64,000 bases of DNA from Octopus vulgaris (Eukaryota). Of this stretch, positions 13,401 through 27,437 are shown piece after piece. Position 1 is the first letter of the stretch; each line of letters begins with the position of its first letter. Position numbers and translations under genes: made by a program. The notes below the pieces were generated by a model. That model made no database searches, had not been told where the DNA came from, and saw only the letters and a program-made list of their open reading frames with translations. Where the stretch lies: positions 32,612,001-32,676,000 of the forward strand of contig OX597824.1 of the NCBI GenBank assembly GCA_951406725.2, read 5' to 3'.

Positions 13401-14381
13401 AGAGTGTTTCTGTGTTTTTAAGCTGTTGAACATAAACAAGTTAGAAGAGAGAGACCATTCATTGTACTACTACAACCCACATTAGATTGGAAGTCAATGA
13501 AATTAATTCTTCGTTATTAATATATTGGTAATCAATTGGAATAAAACAAATAGAACTTGTCGTGCAGCAAACATTGTTTTCAAGGATTGAAAGTTATACG
13601 CTGTTATAAAGTTAACTAATTTAGTTGGTTACTAATACTTAAGTAAAATGTCTACGAAATCATTTTTTAATCTATTATCATTATGCCAACATGAAAAGTG
13701 GATGCTAAACGATGATGATGATGATGATGATAATTTACAAATAACCTTGTGTAGTGAGCAAGTTGAAGTGATGGAGATAAATAACCCTGTCTGGTTACAT
13801 TATTGATTTGTATAACATAGGCTCAATATATCAAATTTATGGATTCTGCTTACACACACACACACCCACACACACATACACACACACACACAAGCACACA
13901 TTCACACAAACACACACACATACACAATTAAAACAAGGCTATTGTTTTAACATAAATTTAAATATACCAATAAAACATATATTGAGAGTAGGGTCAAATT
14001 TATTTTAAAATTCATGTTTTCTGGCATTTTACATTTTATATATTTGTAGACACACACACACACACACACACACATACATATATATGTATGTGTGTGTATA
14101 TATATATGTGCAGGTACATATGTATGTGCTTGTATATATATGTGTGTGTATTTATATATTGTGTGTGCGTATTTGTGTGTATGTGTGTGTGTGTGTGTGT
14201 GTATGCCCATTTCTATATGTTTATATTAGTCTAAAAATTATGTTTATGCGGTGCCTCTGTTTTCCCGTTTTGTAATGAAATTGGAGCACCCTTGGAAATA
14301 GTGCTCCAGCATGGCTGAAAACCAATGACCATCACCAGCCAAAGAATATAAGAATAAAACAATGAAGAGCAGATTACTCAC

Positions 14382-14453
14382 CATGCTACTGTGAAGATGT
14401 CGAAGTAAAACAGCATGACCATATAAAAGAGTTCTATGTCCTGATTGTGTGGC
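14382..14453 (-). CDS. RyR: Ryanodine receptor exon (equivalent to RYR1 exon 4)
   Basis: ttttaaatttcag|GCCACA...AGCATG|gtgagt; 72 nt, phase 0-0; ATQSGHRTLLYGHAVLLRHLHSSM matches RyR GHRTLLYGHAILLRH. Confidence 0.97.
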
Positions 14454-14589
14454 CTGAAATTTAAAAAAAAACAAAAGAAATTATGATTGAGCTAAACAAA
14501 GATAATGCAATTGGTATTTAACGTGAAAGATAATAATAATAATGATAATAATAATAATAATAATGATAATACCAATAGCAATCATAATC

Positions 14590-14985
14590 ATTTCTATTGG
14601 AAGCACAAGGCCTCAAATTTGGGGAAGAGATTAAGTCAATTACATCGACTACAGTTCGTAACTGGTACTTATTTAATCGACCCCGAAAAGATGAAAGGCA
14701 AAGTCAACCCCGGTGGGATTTGAACTCAGAATGTAGCGGCAGATGAAATATCTATTTCTTTACTACCCACAAGGGGATAAACACAGAGGAGACAAACAAG
14801 GACAGACAAATGGATTAAGTCGATTATATTGACCCCAGTGCATAACTGTTACTTATTTAATTGACCCTGAAAGAATGAAAGGCAAAGCCGACCTTGGCGG
14901 AATTTGAACTCAGAACGTAGCGGCAGACGAAATACCGCTAAGCATTTCACCCGGCATGCTAACGTTTCTGCCAGCTCGCTACCTT
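14590..14985 (-). mobile_element. Dimeric SINE family B
   Basis: Two body units joined at gatgaaatatctatttctttactaccc. Confidence 0.85.
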
Positions 14986-15369
14986 ATCAGACAATGATAA
15001 TAATAATAACGATAATGATGATGATGATGATGATGATGGACTTTCCCATTGGAGATGATGTATGAGCATTCAGCTTTTGCCAAATGACCTACACAAATTA
15101 TTTGTTTATAGTGATCAAATGTTTATGCTGCACATTAAAGCTCACTCTCTCCATCAAATCAATGTTGTCTGAATTGCTGCACTCACTAGACTATGTCCCC
15201 TCAATAATAATAGTAATAATCCTTTCTACTGGTGGCACAAGGCCTCAAATTTGTGGGGTGAGGACTAGTTGATTATACCAACCCCAGTGACTTAGATAAC
15301 TTAGATATGTTTCAACCAAAGGTTAATCCAGGCCATGTCTAACTTAATAGCACCACCTGATAGGATTTG

Positions 15370-15900
15370 CTAAATCCTTTTAAGTCAAGTTTTGTGATAT
15401 TATGGCCCACTTGAGTAGGGAGTTCTTGTTGAGTGAGTTGTATCTAGGTATAGGTGACTTATCTGGTATCCCTTGAAGAAATTTGTCCAGATTCCATTTA
15501 CAGGTGATGGGATCCTTTTCCACTTTGATCTTTTTTGGGACAATGTTAAATAGGGTAGAGCCTGTTGAGGAAAAGAAATTGTGTTGCAGTGTATTTATGT
15601 GTTGTGATCCTGAATTGGGTAGGGGACATATGGTCTATGGTCCTAACCGTGGATTAATTCTGAAACTAATGTTGAGGTCGTCTGGGCAATGCTGGTGGTA
15701 TTTTCTCCACATCGGGCAAATAATGTATTGCTCATGGTGGCACCGAAGAGAAAGTTTCAATGCTTTAAGGGAGTCCCAATAACCGAGATCAGTCATACCT
15801 TAATTCTTTTAGTGAATGTCTTTTGGGGGTGATTCAATTTTTGAAATGTTTTATTTTGTTTGGGGAGACCACTGGGGGCAGCAGTATTTGAGGTGTTATT
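15370..15900 (-). mobile_element. CR1/L2-group LINE ORF2 C-terminal relic
   Basis: HLKYCCPQWSP...KIESP...FTKRI..MTDLGYWDSLKALKL...STLFNIVPKKIK...LDKFLQGIPD, with stops and frameshifts. Confidence 0.7.
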
Positions 15901-16117
15901 GTACAAAAGAGAAAAGAGGAATGATGACACCTTGTTCTCTGAACCAGAAGGGTCTTAGGATCCAGGGGCTTATCCTACAAACTATATATATTTATATACA
16001 TCAAATGAAATAAAAAACAAAACACAAAGGATGTTGCGGTACACGTGTTTCAAGCTTTATAAAACAACCTATTCTTACATCAATGTATAATCGACATAAC
16101 TGATGGTTTAAAGCTCT

Positions 16118-17045
16118 CAGATCTGGTCGCCCCCTTCTGCCGTTGATGAGATGTCTGTCCGTCAAGTTGAGGCTGCCATTTTGGAAGGTCAACGCATAAC
16201 TATTCGCCAAATAGCCCATACGGTCAAGATTAGTACCGGGTCTGTGGAAACTATCATTCATGACCATTTGCATATGCAAAAGGTGTCTGCCAGATGGATT
16301 TCCAGGTTGCTCACACCTTTCCAGAAGCAAGAACGCGTTGAGTACTCGAGGATGAATTTGGAGATGTGCCAAGAAGATGAGTCAAAATTTTTCAAAAGAC
16401 TGATCACACAGGATAAAACCTGGGTCCATCACTATGATCCATAGTCCAAAGCCCAGTCAATGCAGTGAAAGCACCGTGACTCACCTCCTCCAAAGAAGGC
16501 AAGGATGCAGCCCTCCGCTGACAAGGTTATGCTCACAGTCTTCTGGGACCAGGACGGAGTAGTGATGACAGATTTCCTGGCAAAGGGTACCACAATTACA
16601 GGAGCCTATATGCTTCACTTTTGAGGAAATTAAGAGAAGCTATCAAAATCAAGAGGCGGGGCAAGATCAGCAAAGGCATCCTCCTCCTGCAGGACAACGC
16701 TCCGGTCCACAACTCGCGTGTCACCAGATCAGAAGCACAGGCGTGCAGCTATGAACTCCTCCCCTTGCACCCTCTGATTTTCACCTCTTCCCAGCCATGA
16801 AGTTGATTTTAAAAGGAAAGCATTTTCCAGATGATGCAGCCTTGATTTCTGAAGTCACATCGTGGTTGGAGGACCAAGCTGGGGGTCTTCTACAAAAACG
16901 GTCTCCAGAGCTGTATCAAACGATGGGAGAAATGCATAACTCTGGGTAGTTCCTATGTAGGAAAGACTAATAACTGTGCCAAGTATCGTTGCTCTACTGC
17001 TATGGGAAGTGGGTCAGGGGCATTACTTATTGAACGCCTCTCGTA
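16118..17045 (+). mobile_element. Mariner transposon relic, 5' truncated transposase pseudogene with 3' TIR
   Basis: RSGRP...KVSARWISRLL...ITQDKTWVHHYDP*...KVMLTVFWDQDG...LLQDNAPVH...LAPSDFHLF...RWEKCI; ends cattacttattgaacgcctctcg-ta. Confidence 0.92.
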
Positions 17046-17499
17046 TATAATGTTGACTACACTGACAATTAATGACAGTGACTTCATTATCACTTGCAGC
17101 TAACAGTTTTAATAAACACTTCTGGACCAAATCTTAATGGTTTCTCTGATATACATGGAAACAATGGATACAGTATGAAGAATGAGGTCAATCAAGGTAC
17201 CTGGAGTTATATTGCAAATGACCTAACTATTGCTAATACAAACTTCTGGAAACTGGCTAGCCATCTCATCGTTTATCAGTCAGTTGAACATACAAAAATA
17301 GATTTTATTTGCACCTGTTTATATTCTCATCTGTTAGGAAATAGGATAGGCAGATAATTGTAAATACCTAGTGAATTTATCAGACAGATGAGTGCTTAGT
17401 GACTCCAAAGAAAGTGAAAGATGGACTCAGAGAAAAAAGGCAATTTGGAGAAGGAAGATATGGAATCTGAAAGAATTTTTGGCTAATTATAAATTCAGA

Positions 17500-18115
17500 G
17501 AAGCTCTGCTTCTACAAAAAGGTGAGAATTAGCAATGTGGTGAAGGATTTAGCATGCATATAAGAATCCATCAAGTCTTGGGTTTCTGCTTTCTCCAGTT
17601 TATCATAGTTCTCTAAATCATTACAGGAGGGTTTAAGACTAGCAGCCTGTGGAAAATTCTGTATGTGAATGACTTATTTCTCAAAGGTGAATCTGTCAAA
17701 GGGTAAGAAAAAGAAATTCCAAATGTGGAATGAAGAGGCCTCAGAGCAAATCTTGCAAAGATTGAAGTTTTAGTTTGAAGAGGAGAAAGTCAGAATTGCC
17801 ATCTGTCTATTGCTATTTAGAAAGAGGTTGTGCTTGGCATAACTGAAAGGAATTGGTAGAAATTCTATATAGAGTACTCTATATACTTTACAGATGTTCA
17901 AAGGGTGCAGTAGGATCACAGGTAAGCTTACAAATAAAACAGGCCTTGTATGTGGCAGGTGCACAGCAGTTGACAGTAGTTTTATGTGTAAAAGTAATCA
18001 AGAAATAGCTTCTTTTAACTGCCTAGAAAACTCCCTAGAAGTAGTTGATAGCTTTTGTTACACATTGACCTGATTAGAAATAGAAGTGGATGTTCTATAA
18101 GCATAGCTGCCAGGC
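17500..18115 (+). mobile_element. Degraded RTE reverse transcriptase fragment
   Basis: Remnants of HQGSxLSPxLFIIV, W.ILYVNDL (YADD) and LEVVDSFCY. Confidence 0.65.
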
Positions 18116-18207
18116 TGGGATGTAAAGGTTCTGGAATGACTATCTCAGGTAGGCTTTCTTGCCCTTAGTGAAAGTCAGATTCTATGATTACTAGTGCATG
18201 AAACACT

Positions 18208-18815
18208 ATCATCATCATCATCATCGTTTAACGTCCACCCGCTTTCCATGCTAGCATGGGTTGGATGGTTTGACTGAGGGCTGGCGAACCAGATGGTTGA
18301 ACCAGGCTCCAATCTTGATCTGCCAGAGGTTCTACAGCTGGATGCCCTTCCAAATGCCAACCACTCTGAGAGTGTAGTGGATGCTTTTACATGCCACCGG
18401 CAGGGGGGGGGGCAGTCAGGCGATACTGGCAACGACCTCGCTCAAATGTTTTTACACATGCCATCGGCACAAGTTCCAGTAAGGCGACGCTAGTAACGAT
18501 CACGCTCGAATGGTGCCTTTTAGATGCCACCAGCATGGAAACCAGTTAGCCGTTCTGGCAACGATCACACTCGGATGGTGCTCTTAGCACCCTACTAGCA
18601 CGAGGCACAAGTGCCAGTAAGGCAATGCTGGTAACGATCACACTCAAATGGTACCTTTTATGTGCCACTGGCACGGAAGCCAGTTACCTGCTCTGTCAAC
18701 AATCACACTCATACTCTTTGCACCCCGCTAGCACGGATGCCAGTCATCGAATTTGATCTTGATTTCACTTGCCTCAACAGGTCTTCGCAAGCAGAGTTTA
18801 GTGTCCAAAGAAGGA
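18208..18815 (-). mobile_element. RTE 3' end with internal tandem repeats
   Basis: (CAT)n tail plus repeated (g)gcaacgatcac(g/a)ctcgaatggtgc units. Confidence 0.8.
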
Positions 18816-19322
18816 AAAGGTATGGTAGTAAAACATGGACAGAGAATTTGTGAAAGTTGCAAATAAATAAGGTGAAAATGTTCTAATGGATGTGTAATGT
18901 TATCTACAGGAATGGCAGAGCAGAGATTAGCTGAGAAGAAAACTGGAAATCTGATGGATCAGATGGATCAGTGGTAGCATGCAAGAGAGTAGTGAGTGCA
19001 AGGATATGAATGTAATATGTATGGAGAGTGTGAGTTGTGTAATTAAATGTTTAGAAGAACTGAGAACCTGTGGAAGAAGTGGGGCAAGGAAGGTGTGAGA
19101 AGAAATGATGAAAATAGATTTCAAGTGGATGATTAAAAGGACTGTGACAAGTGGTGAAATGCTGAGTCGAAGCGACTTACCCAACCAATGTGATTGTAAA
19201 AAGAAAATGGACTCAAAAAATGTTTATATTAGTCACCCTGCCACCAACAAAATGTTACTGTCTACCAATGTCTCACACTTCATTAATTTGTCTCACTTAT
19301 TCCCACTCATTCCCTCTTAATC

Positions 19323-19325
<3 letters not shown>

Positions 19326-19370
<45 letters not shown>

Positions 19371-19393
19371 TGATAATAATAATAATAATAATG

Positions 19394-19448
<55 letters not shown>

Positions 19449-19460
19449 CGACAATGATGA
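19326..19460. repeat. (TAA)n microsatellite
   Basis: Direct reading. Confidence 0.95.
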
Positions 19461-20488
19461 ACAATCCATTGTTCTCTCACTCATCACCCTCTCTTCAATC
19501 TCTTCTACTTACCCTCTAGGCTACCTCTCACCATCCCGGAACTCTTGTAAAACACACACACACTCACACACACTCGCTCTCTCTCTCTCTCTTTCTCTTT
19601 TTCTCTTTCCTCCTTATCCTGTTTTCAGCCTCTTTAATTCTCTATTCCTCTCCCTCCTACTCATTTTTCCTGGCCCTTTCCTAACATTCTCTTTCATCTA
19701 TTACCTGCTCTTCTATCTTCCTCTCTCGCCTTTCGGAGGGGGGGTGTTATACTCTCTCTCCTATCACTATATATTTTTTTTAGGTCCCACTGACTCTCTA
19801 ATCTTACACATGCACACACACACACACACTCTCCCCCATACCCTCTCCTCTTGGTCCCCACTCCTTTTACTTAATTTGTCTCCTATGTTGCTATCTTTCC
19901 TATCATCTTCTTACTCAGGTTCTTGTCTATTATTTCCTCCTCCATCTTTCACTCACTCTTATCACCCTGGTTCTTTTTTATCACACCTTCTATCTTTCAT
20001 CACATCCCTAATATGACAAGAAGTAGGAATATAGTGTTGCTACAATGACAAATTTTTCTTTTTATGCTCCCAGTTGTGTGGAGAAAAAAAAAAAGGAGAA
20101 ATGCACTACACAAACAAAACCAGGAAAAGGAGACTCTCTAGAATAGTTAAGAATTTGGCAGCTTCTTTGGTGCAAGTGAATGAACAGAGACAATCTTTGT
20201 TGGTACTGCACTGAAATACACCTGCTGAACACTGTAGAGGGATTGGTGACAGGAAGGGCAATCAATCAAAAAAATGATGCCAAAAAGAAAATGTTCTACA
20301 AGGATGTGGTCTCCAACCCATTTAGGACTGCAGTAACTCTGAATAAGAACTGACTCAACTAAAAAGACCCATCCAACCCATGCTAGCACAGACAAGCAGT
20401 TGTAAAATGAAGATGATAATAAGGATTATGTTATATATATATAGTGAAAAGTGTACTTACATATAAGAGAACAAAGTGTATGTACGCT

Positions 20489-20559
<71 letters not shown>

Positions 20560-20870
20560 TAAATACAAAATGGGACAAGAACGCAAAACATCCAGACAAC
20601 TAGGTGATACAAAAAGGGAAAACAAAATATCCAGATAGACGATACAAAAAAACAAGGACGGGTTTTTCGAAGCCTTTTATCTTCAGTCAAGAACCGGATC
20701 ATCCTCACAATTTCGGCTATTGCGAGGATGATCCGGTTCTTGACTGAAGAATAAAGGCTTCGAATGACCCGTTCTTGTTTTTTTGTATCGTCTATCTGGA
20801 TGTTTTGTTGTCCCTTTTTGTATCACCTAGTTGTCCAGATGTTTTGCATTCTTGTCCCATTTTGTGTTTT
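20560..20870. repeat. Long fold-back palindrome (~150-bp arms, 9-nt loop) between (TA)n tracts
   Basis: aaatacaaaatgggacaaga...atcctcacaa [tttcggcta] ttgcgaggat...tcttgtcccattttgtgttt. Confidence 0.93.
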
Positions 20871-21337
20871 ATTATATATATATATATGTATATATAAACT
20901 AGCACCCTGGCTCATACTTCATGCATTTAACAACAATATACGCTTTCGATACGTATATATATATATATATATGTACAGGTACATGTACATATACGTATGT
21001 ATATATGCATATATATATATATATATTTCATTTATATTATATATATATATATATATGGTTTTAGTCTTTTACTTGTTTCAGTCATTTGACTGCTGCGATG
21101 TTAGAACACCGCCTTTAGTTGAGCAAAACGACCCCAAGACTTATTCTTTGTAACCCTAATGCTAAGCCACTAAGTTACAGGGATGTAAAAACACCAGCAT
21201 CAGTTGTCAAGCAATGTTGTGGGAACAAACAAAGACACACAAACATATACACACACATGCATATATATATATGTATGCATGTGTGTATATATATATATAT
21301 ATGCGTGCGTGTGTGTATATATATATGCATGTGTGTG

Positions 21338-21407
<70 letters not shown>

Positions 21408-21934
21408 TATATATATATATAAACATAGAACACATTTGCAATTTATACTCATTGATACATTGCCTGAAAATACAATATAAGAATCCAGCTTCCAGTTTAT
21501 ATAATGAACATAGAAAACCTCAGTACATAGTATATGATACATTCTAAATGCCAAATGTAACCATTCAGTATTCTGTGTGTGTATATGTATGTGTGTATGC
21601 ACGTGCATGCATGTGTGTATGTGCATGTAATGTTGGCTGACAATACCAATATGTGTGTGATTCTAATTACTAGATCTTAAATGCAAACAGAAATTACAGG
21701 TTCTCTCAGATTCATGTGTGGGCAGGTACATGTGAGTGGTTATTTATCATCGTTTGTTTATTTTGTCTGTCATGTAGGTGGTGGTGGCAGTGGTGATGGA
21801 TCTACTCGTGGCAGTCTGTCAATGAATTTTCATAAATTAAATACTTTTATGAATGAATGAATGAGTAAAGCATGTATCATTATAGCATTATATCAGATTT
21901 CTAGTGTCGTGTTTTAGTTTTTAAAAGGGAGTCA

Positions 21935-22885
21935 TATTCTTTTACTCTTTTACTTGTTTCAGTCACTTGACTGTGACCATGCTGGAGCACCACTTTTAGT
22001 CGAGCAAATCGACCCCAGGACTTATTCTTTGTAAGCCAAGTACTTATTCTATCAGTTTCTTTTGCTGAGTTACGGGGATGTAAACACACCAGCATCGATT
22101 GTCAAGCAATGTTGGGGGGACAAACACAGACACACAAACATATACTCACACTTACATATATATATACATATATGCGATGGGCTTATTTCAGTTTCTGTCT
22201 ACCAAATCCACTCACAAGGCTTTGGTCGGCCCAAGGCTATAGCAGAAGACACTTGCCCAAGGTATCACGCAGTGGGACTGAACCCGGAACCATGTGGTTC
22301 GTAAGCAAGCTACTTACCACACAGCCACTCTTGCACCTATATTGTTAAAGGGTATTTTATTTTCTAAATAACAGTTTCCAATTTTGGCACAAGGCCAGCA
22401 AGTTCCAGTGTTGGGTGGGAAGTAAGTTGATTACATTGACCCCAATGCTCAACTGGTACTTATTTTATCAACCTTGAAATGATGAAAGGCAAAGTCGACC
22501 TTGGTGTAGGTATGGCTGTGTGGTTAAGAAGCTCACTTAGCAACCACATGGCTTTAGGTTCAGTCCCACTGCATGGCACCTTGAGAAAGTGTCTTCTATT
22601 CCAGGCTGAACAATGCTATGTGAGTGAATTTGGTTGATGGAAACTGTGATACATGTGTGTGTGTGTGTGTGTTTGTATATATCTTTGTGTTTCTCCTCTG
22701 CTCCATCATTGCTTAACAACTGGTGTTGGTTTATTTACATCCCTGTAACTTAATGAGTCCAACAAAATAAGTACCAGACTTAAAAATAAAAGAAGTACTG
22801 GCACTGATTTTTTTGACTAAATTCTTCATAGAATTTAGTGCCCCAGTATGGCCACATTTCAATGACTGAAACAAGTAAAAGATAT
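21935..22885. mobile_element. Inverted pair of SINE A copies with a SINE B fragment between them
   Basis: Minus copy ~21935-22340, plus copy ~22503-22885. Confidence 0.8.
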
Positions 22886-23184
22886 AGGAAAACAATAAGA
22901 TCTTGAAGATGAGTGGCTATGGTTAATCCATATTGCTTTGTAAGGAACATAGAACTAGTTTCCTGGTTTCTCTGGTGTATATTTATCCCTTCCTGGGTAG
23001 GACACTGATCTGTTGAAGGATTCTTCGTTTTTATCAGCTGAGAGGACTGGAACAATGTGAAGCGAAGTGTTTTTCATCAAGAACACAATGCATTGCTTAG
23101 TCCTGGAATCAAACCCACAATCTCTTGATTATCAATCCAACATCCTAACTACTAAGTCATGCATACTAGAGCTAAATATAAGAG

Positions 23185-23487
23185 TCCGAACGTGGCAGAT
23201 GCCAGCACCGCCTGACTGGTGTCCTTGTCAGTGACACGTAAAAGCACCAACCGATCATGGCCGTTTGCCAGCCTCCTCTGACACCTGTGCCGGTGGCACG
23301 TAAAAAGCACCCACTACACTCATGGAGTGGTTGGCTTTAGGAAGGGCATCCAGCTGTAGAAACACTGCCAGATCAGACTGGAGCCTGGTGCAGCCTTCTG
23401 GCTTCCCAGACCCCGGTCGAACCGTCCAGCCCATGCTAGCATGGAAAACAGACGTTAAATGATGACGACGATGATGATGATGATGAT
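23185..23487 (+). mobile_element. RTE 3' end with (GAT)n tail
   Basis: ggctttaggaagggcatccagctgtagaaac...catggaaaacagacgttaaatgatgacgacgatgat. Confidence 0.85.
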
Positions 23488-23696
23488 TTCAAATTGCAAC
23501 CATTGGATATTGCATGATAAAAAACCATGGAATACATGATTTTAATGAACAAGGAACAGAAGAGTGTATGTGTGTGTGTGAAAGGAGTCTTAAAACATCC
23601 AGGTCTAGATGCTGTTGTTAAATGAATAAAAGACATTTAAAAGAGAGAGAGGGAATGAGTATACTCCTAATGATATTACTGTAAAGTTTAATCAAA

Positions 23697-24645
23697 AGCA
23701 GTGAGCTGGCAGAATTGTTAGCCTGCTAGGCAAAATGCTTAGTGGCATTTCATCTCTCTTTATGTTCTGAGTTCAAATTTCACCAAGGTTGACTTTATCT
23801 TTCATCCTTTTGGGGTTGATAAAATAAGTACCAATTGAGTACTATGGTCAATTAAATAAGTACCAGTTGAGTACTGTGGTCAATGTAATTGATTTAACCC
23901 TTCTCCTAAACTTACTGGCCTTATGCCAAAATTTGAAACTGATATTATTGTTAAGTCTTCCACAAAGTGGAATATCTCAAATGCACTACAGAGAACTGAA
24001 GATGAATAACTATTTAAAGAATTTATTCAAGGTGTGAAGAAGAGGATGGAACACTTATATGATCATTAGTTCACTGCTGCAAGGCAGTGTGCTGGTAGAA
24101 TTGTTTGCACATTAGACACAATGTCTAGCAGCATTTCTTCTGACTTAGCTCATACTAAGTTCAAATTCTGCCATGGCTAACTTTGCCTTTTATCCTTTCA
24201 GAGTCAATAAAATAAGTAACCATTGAGCACTGAGGCTGATGTAATAGGCTTAGTGCTCTCATCTAAATTTGCTGGCCTTGTGCCAAAATTTGAAAGAATA
24301 ATTATTCCACTGAGTTGATCTTGGCGATGATGTAACGATAAGAATTTATGGGAGGGACAATGAGGATGAAACAGTTTTAGATCTTCCTAGCAATGCTTGA
24401 CAAAAATATTATTGTAATATACATATGTTATAAGGTAGGGAGCTGGCAGAATCGTTACTGTGCTAGGCAAATTGGTTAGCAGCATTTTATCTGCTTTTAC
24501 GTTCTGAGTTCAAATTCCACCAAGGTTGACTTTGCCTTTCATCCTTTCGGTGCCAATAAAATAAGTACCAGTTGAGCACTGGGGGTTGATGTAATAGTCT
24601 TACCTGCTCCACTGAATTCTGGCCTTGTGCCAAAATTTGAATCCA
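23697..24645 (+). mobile_element. Three SINE B copies in the same orientation
   Basis: Heads near 23697, 24082 and 24433. Confidence 0.85.
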
Positions 24646-24724
24646 ATATACGTATGTTACACATATGTATAATTTTCAACATTACATATGTATTATACAT
24701 AATATTCTATATTCTTTTATTCTA

Positions 24725-24956
24725 CTTTTGTTTTACACATTCCAGTCATTTGACTGCAGCCATGCTGGAGCACTGCCTTAAAGGGTTTTAGTTGAACAAA
24801 TCAACCCCAGGACTTATTCTGTCGTCTCTTTTGCCAAACCACTAAATTATCGGGACATAAACACACCAACATCGGTTATCAAGTGATGGTGTGTTGGTAG
24901 GGGGAACAAACAAAGATACATACACAAATATATATACATATACATATCTATATCTA

Positions 24957-25038
<82 letters not shown>

Positions 25039-25445
25039 CAAGCTTCTTTCAGTTTTTTATTTCTTTATTGTCCACAAGGAGCTAAACACAGAGGAGACAA
25101 ACAAGGACAGGCAAAGGGATTAAGTTGATTACATCGACTCCAGTGCATAACTGGTACTTAATTTATTGACTCCGCAAGGATGAAAGGCAAAGTTGACCTC
25201 GGTGGAATTCGAACTCTGAACGTATAGACAGACGAAATACTGCTAAGTGTTTCGCCCGGCATGCTAACATTTCTGCCAGCTCGCCGCCTTCTTTCAGTTT
25301 CTGTCTACCAAATCCACTCACAAGGTTTTGGCTGACCTAAGGCTATAGTAGAAGATAGTTGCCCAAGGTGACACGTAGTGGGACTGAATATGGAATAATG
25401 TGGTTGGGGAACAAGCTTCTTACCACACAGCCATGCCTGTGCCTA
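24725..25445 (-). mobile_element. SINE A containing a nested SINE B (~25055-25290) with target-site duplication
   Basis: cttctttcagttt on both sides of the nested copy. Confidence 0.85.
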
Positions 25446-26261
25446 TACATTTACATAATTTTCTATATTACATGTTATATTTGATATTAAATTTATTTGT
25501 TAAACCACACATTATTTATGAGTCAGGATGACATATATTTTTATGGACAAAAACATACAACATGACAGTATTTTATATAACATTTGACATTACCCTCAAT
25601 AGCTAACAATCCGTGAAATACAGTCTTTTTGTTGTTTAACGTCCTACTACAAATAATACACCTTAATCATTCTTTTGCTAGCCTTTAATCAATATATAGA
25701 TATATAATACCTGATGTCACAATTTCTGAGTGTTTGAGTGACAAACGACTTTAAATTATGGAACATAATTATTGACATAACCCAAATTTTTAATATTGGT
25801 TTCAAATTTTGGCCCAAGGCCAGCAATTTCGAGTGAGTGGGTTAGTTGATTACATCAACCCCAGTGCTCAACTGGTACATATTTTATCGACCCCCAAGGG
25901 GATAAAAGGCAAAGTTTGCCTTGGTGGAATCTGAACTCTGAATGTAAAGATAGATGAAATGCCACTAAGCATTTTTCCCAGAGTGTTAATGGTTCTACCA
26001 GCTGGCTGCCTTCAAGGTTTTTAATATTGAAATACAAGTTTGTGTGTTATGCTTTCAACACCGTTTAATATTTAAGCTTAGGCTCCTAAATGACCCTCTG
26101 TTTACTTTCTACAATTTTAACTATGGAGTTACTTCTAAGACATAATTTTTAACACAAGGCAGCAGTGTTATGAAGATGTATAAAATTATGCCTCGGCACA
26201 AAAATAAGAAACTTTACCAAACATGGAATTTCCACTTGTCCTGTTAGCAATGATAATTTCT

Positions 26262-26679
26262 TATTTCTTTATTGCCCACAAGGGGCTACACACAGAGGGG
26301 ACAAACAAGGACAGACAAACGGATTAAGTCGATTACATTGACCCCAGTGCGTAATTGGTACTTAATTTATATACCATGAAAGGATGAAAGGCAAAGTCAA
26401 CTTCAGTGGAATTTGAACTCAGAATGTAGCGGCAGATGAAATACCTGTTTCTTTACTATCCACAAGGGGCTAAACACAGGGAGGACAAACAAGGAGAGAC
26501 AAACGGATTAAGTCGATTATATCGCCCCCAGTGCGTAACTGGTACTTAATTTATCGACCCCGAAAGGATGAAAGGCAAAGTCGACCTTGGCAGAATTTGA
26601 ACTCAGTGTGTAACGTCAGACGAAATACCGCTAAGCATTTTGCCCGGCATGCTAACGTTTCTGCCAGCTTGCCGCCTTA
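26262..26679 (-). mobile_element. Dimeric SINE B with 16-bp TSD
   Basis: agcaatgataatttct at 26246-26261 and 26680-26695. Confidence 0.92.
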
Positions 26680-27120
26680 AGCAATGATAATTTCTGAATA
26701 CCATAAAATACTGTAGGTTTGAATCCTTCCATTCTAACACAGTCAGACAGACACACGCACATACACATGTGTGTGTGTATGTGTATTGTAATAAATATAA
26801 AAGGAGATATGTATAATATATTTTGAATCTATTGAAGTATATGTATGTGTGTGTGTGTGTGCATGTGTATGTACATTTGTGTATATTCTAATATATAGAA
26901 TCTACATACAAAAAGTGATATGCAGTAGAACCAAATACAGAAGGTATTTTTACATTTTTTATAGTTTGGTGTTAATTTATTGAACACTATTGATTATTGA
27001 TAAACAATTGATCGAAAATAGTTTTATGGAAAACTACAATTGATCCAAGTAATAGTTGTTTACATCAACATTAATTAAATGAATGAACATAGGTTAAAGG
27101 GAAAAGATACTGTTATATTT

Positions 27121-27437
27121 TGTTTTTCGCCCTTTTCAAGCCTATCCAGGCTCATGGGCCTAGTTTCCCAGTTTCTGTGGCATATGTGTTCCCCCCAGGT
27201 GAACGGGATGCCAGTCCATCGCAGTGTTACTCAAGAAACAGGAAGAGAGAGAGTGAGAGAACGTTATGGTGAAAGAGTACCACAGGGGTCGCCACCCCCT
27301 CCCCCCTGCCGGAGCCTTGTGTAGATTTTAGGTATTTTCACTCAATAAACACACACAATGCTCAGTCTGGGAATCAAAACCGCGATCCTCTGACCGCGAG
27401 TCCGCTGCCCTAACCACTGGGCCATTGTGCTTCCACA
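27121..27437 (-). mobile_element. tRNA(Arg)-like SINE family C with 12-bp TSD
   Basis: Head tggcccagtggttagggcagcggactcgcgg; actgttatattt on both flanks. Confidence 0.85.
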
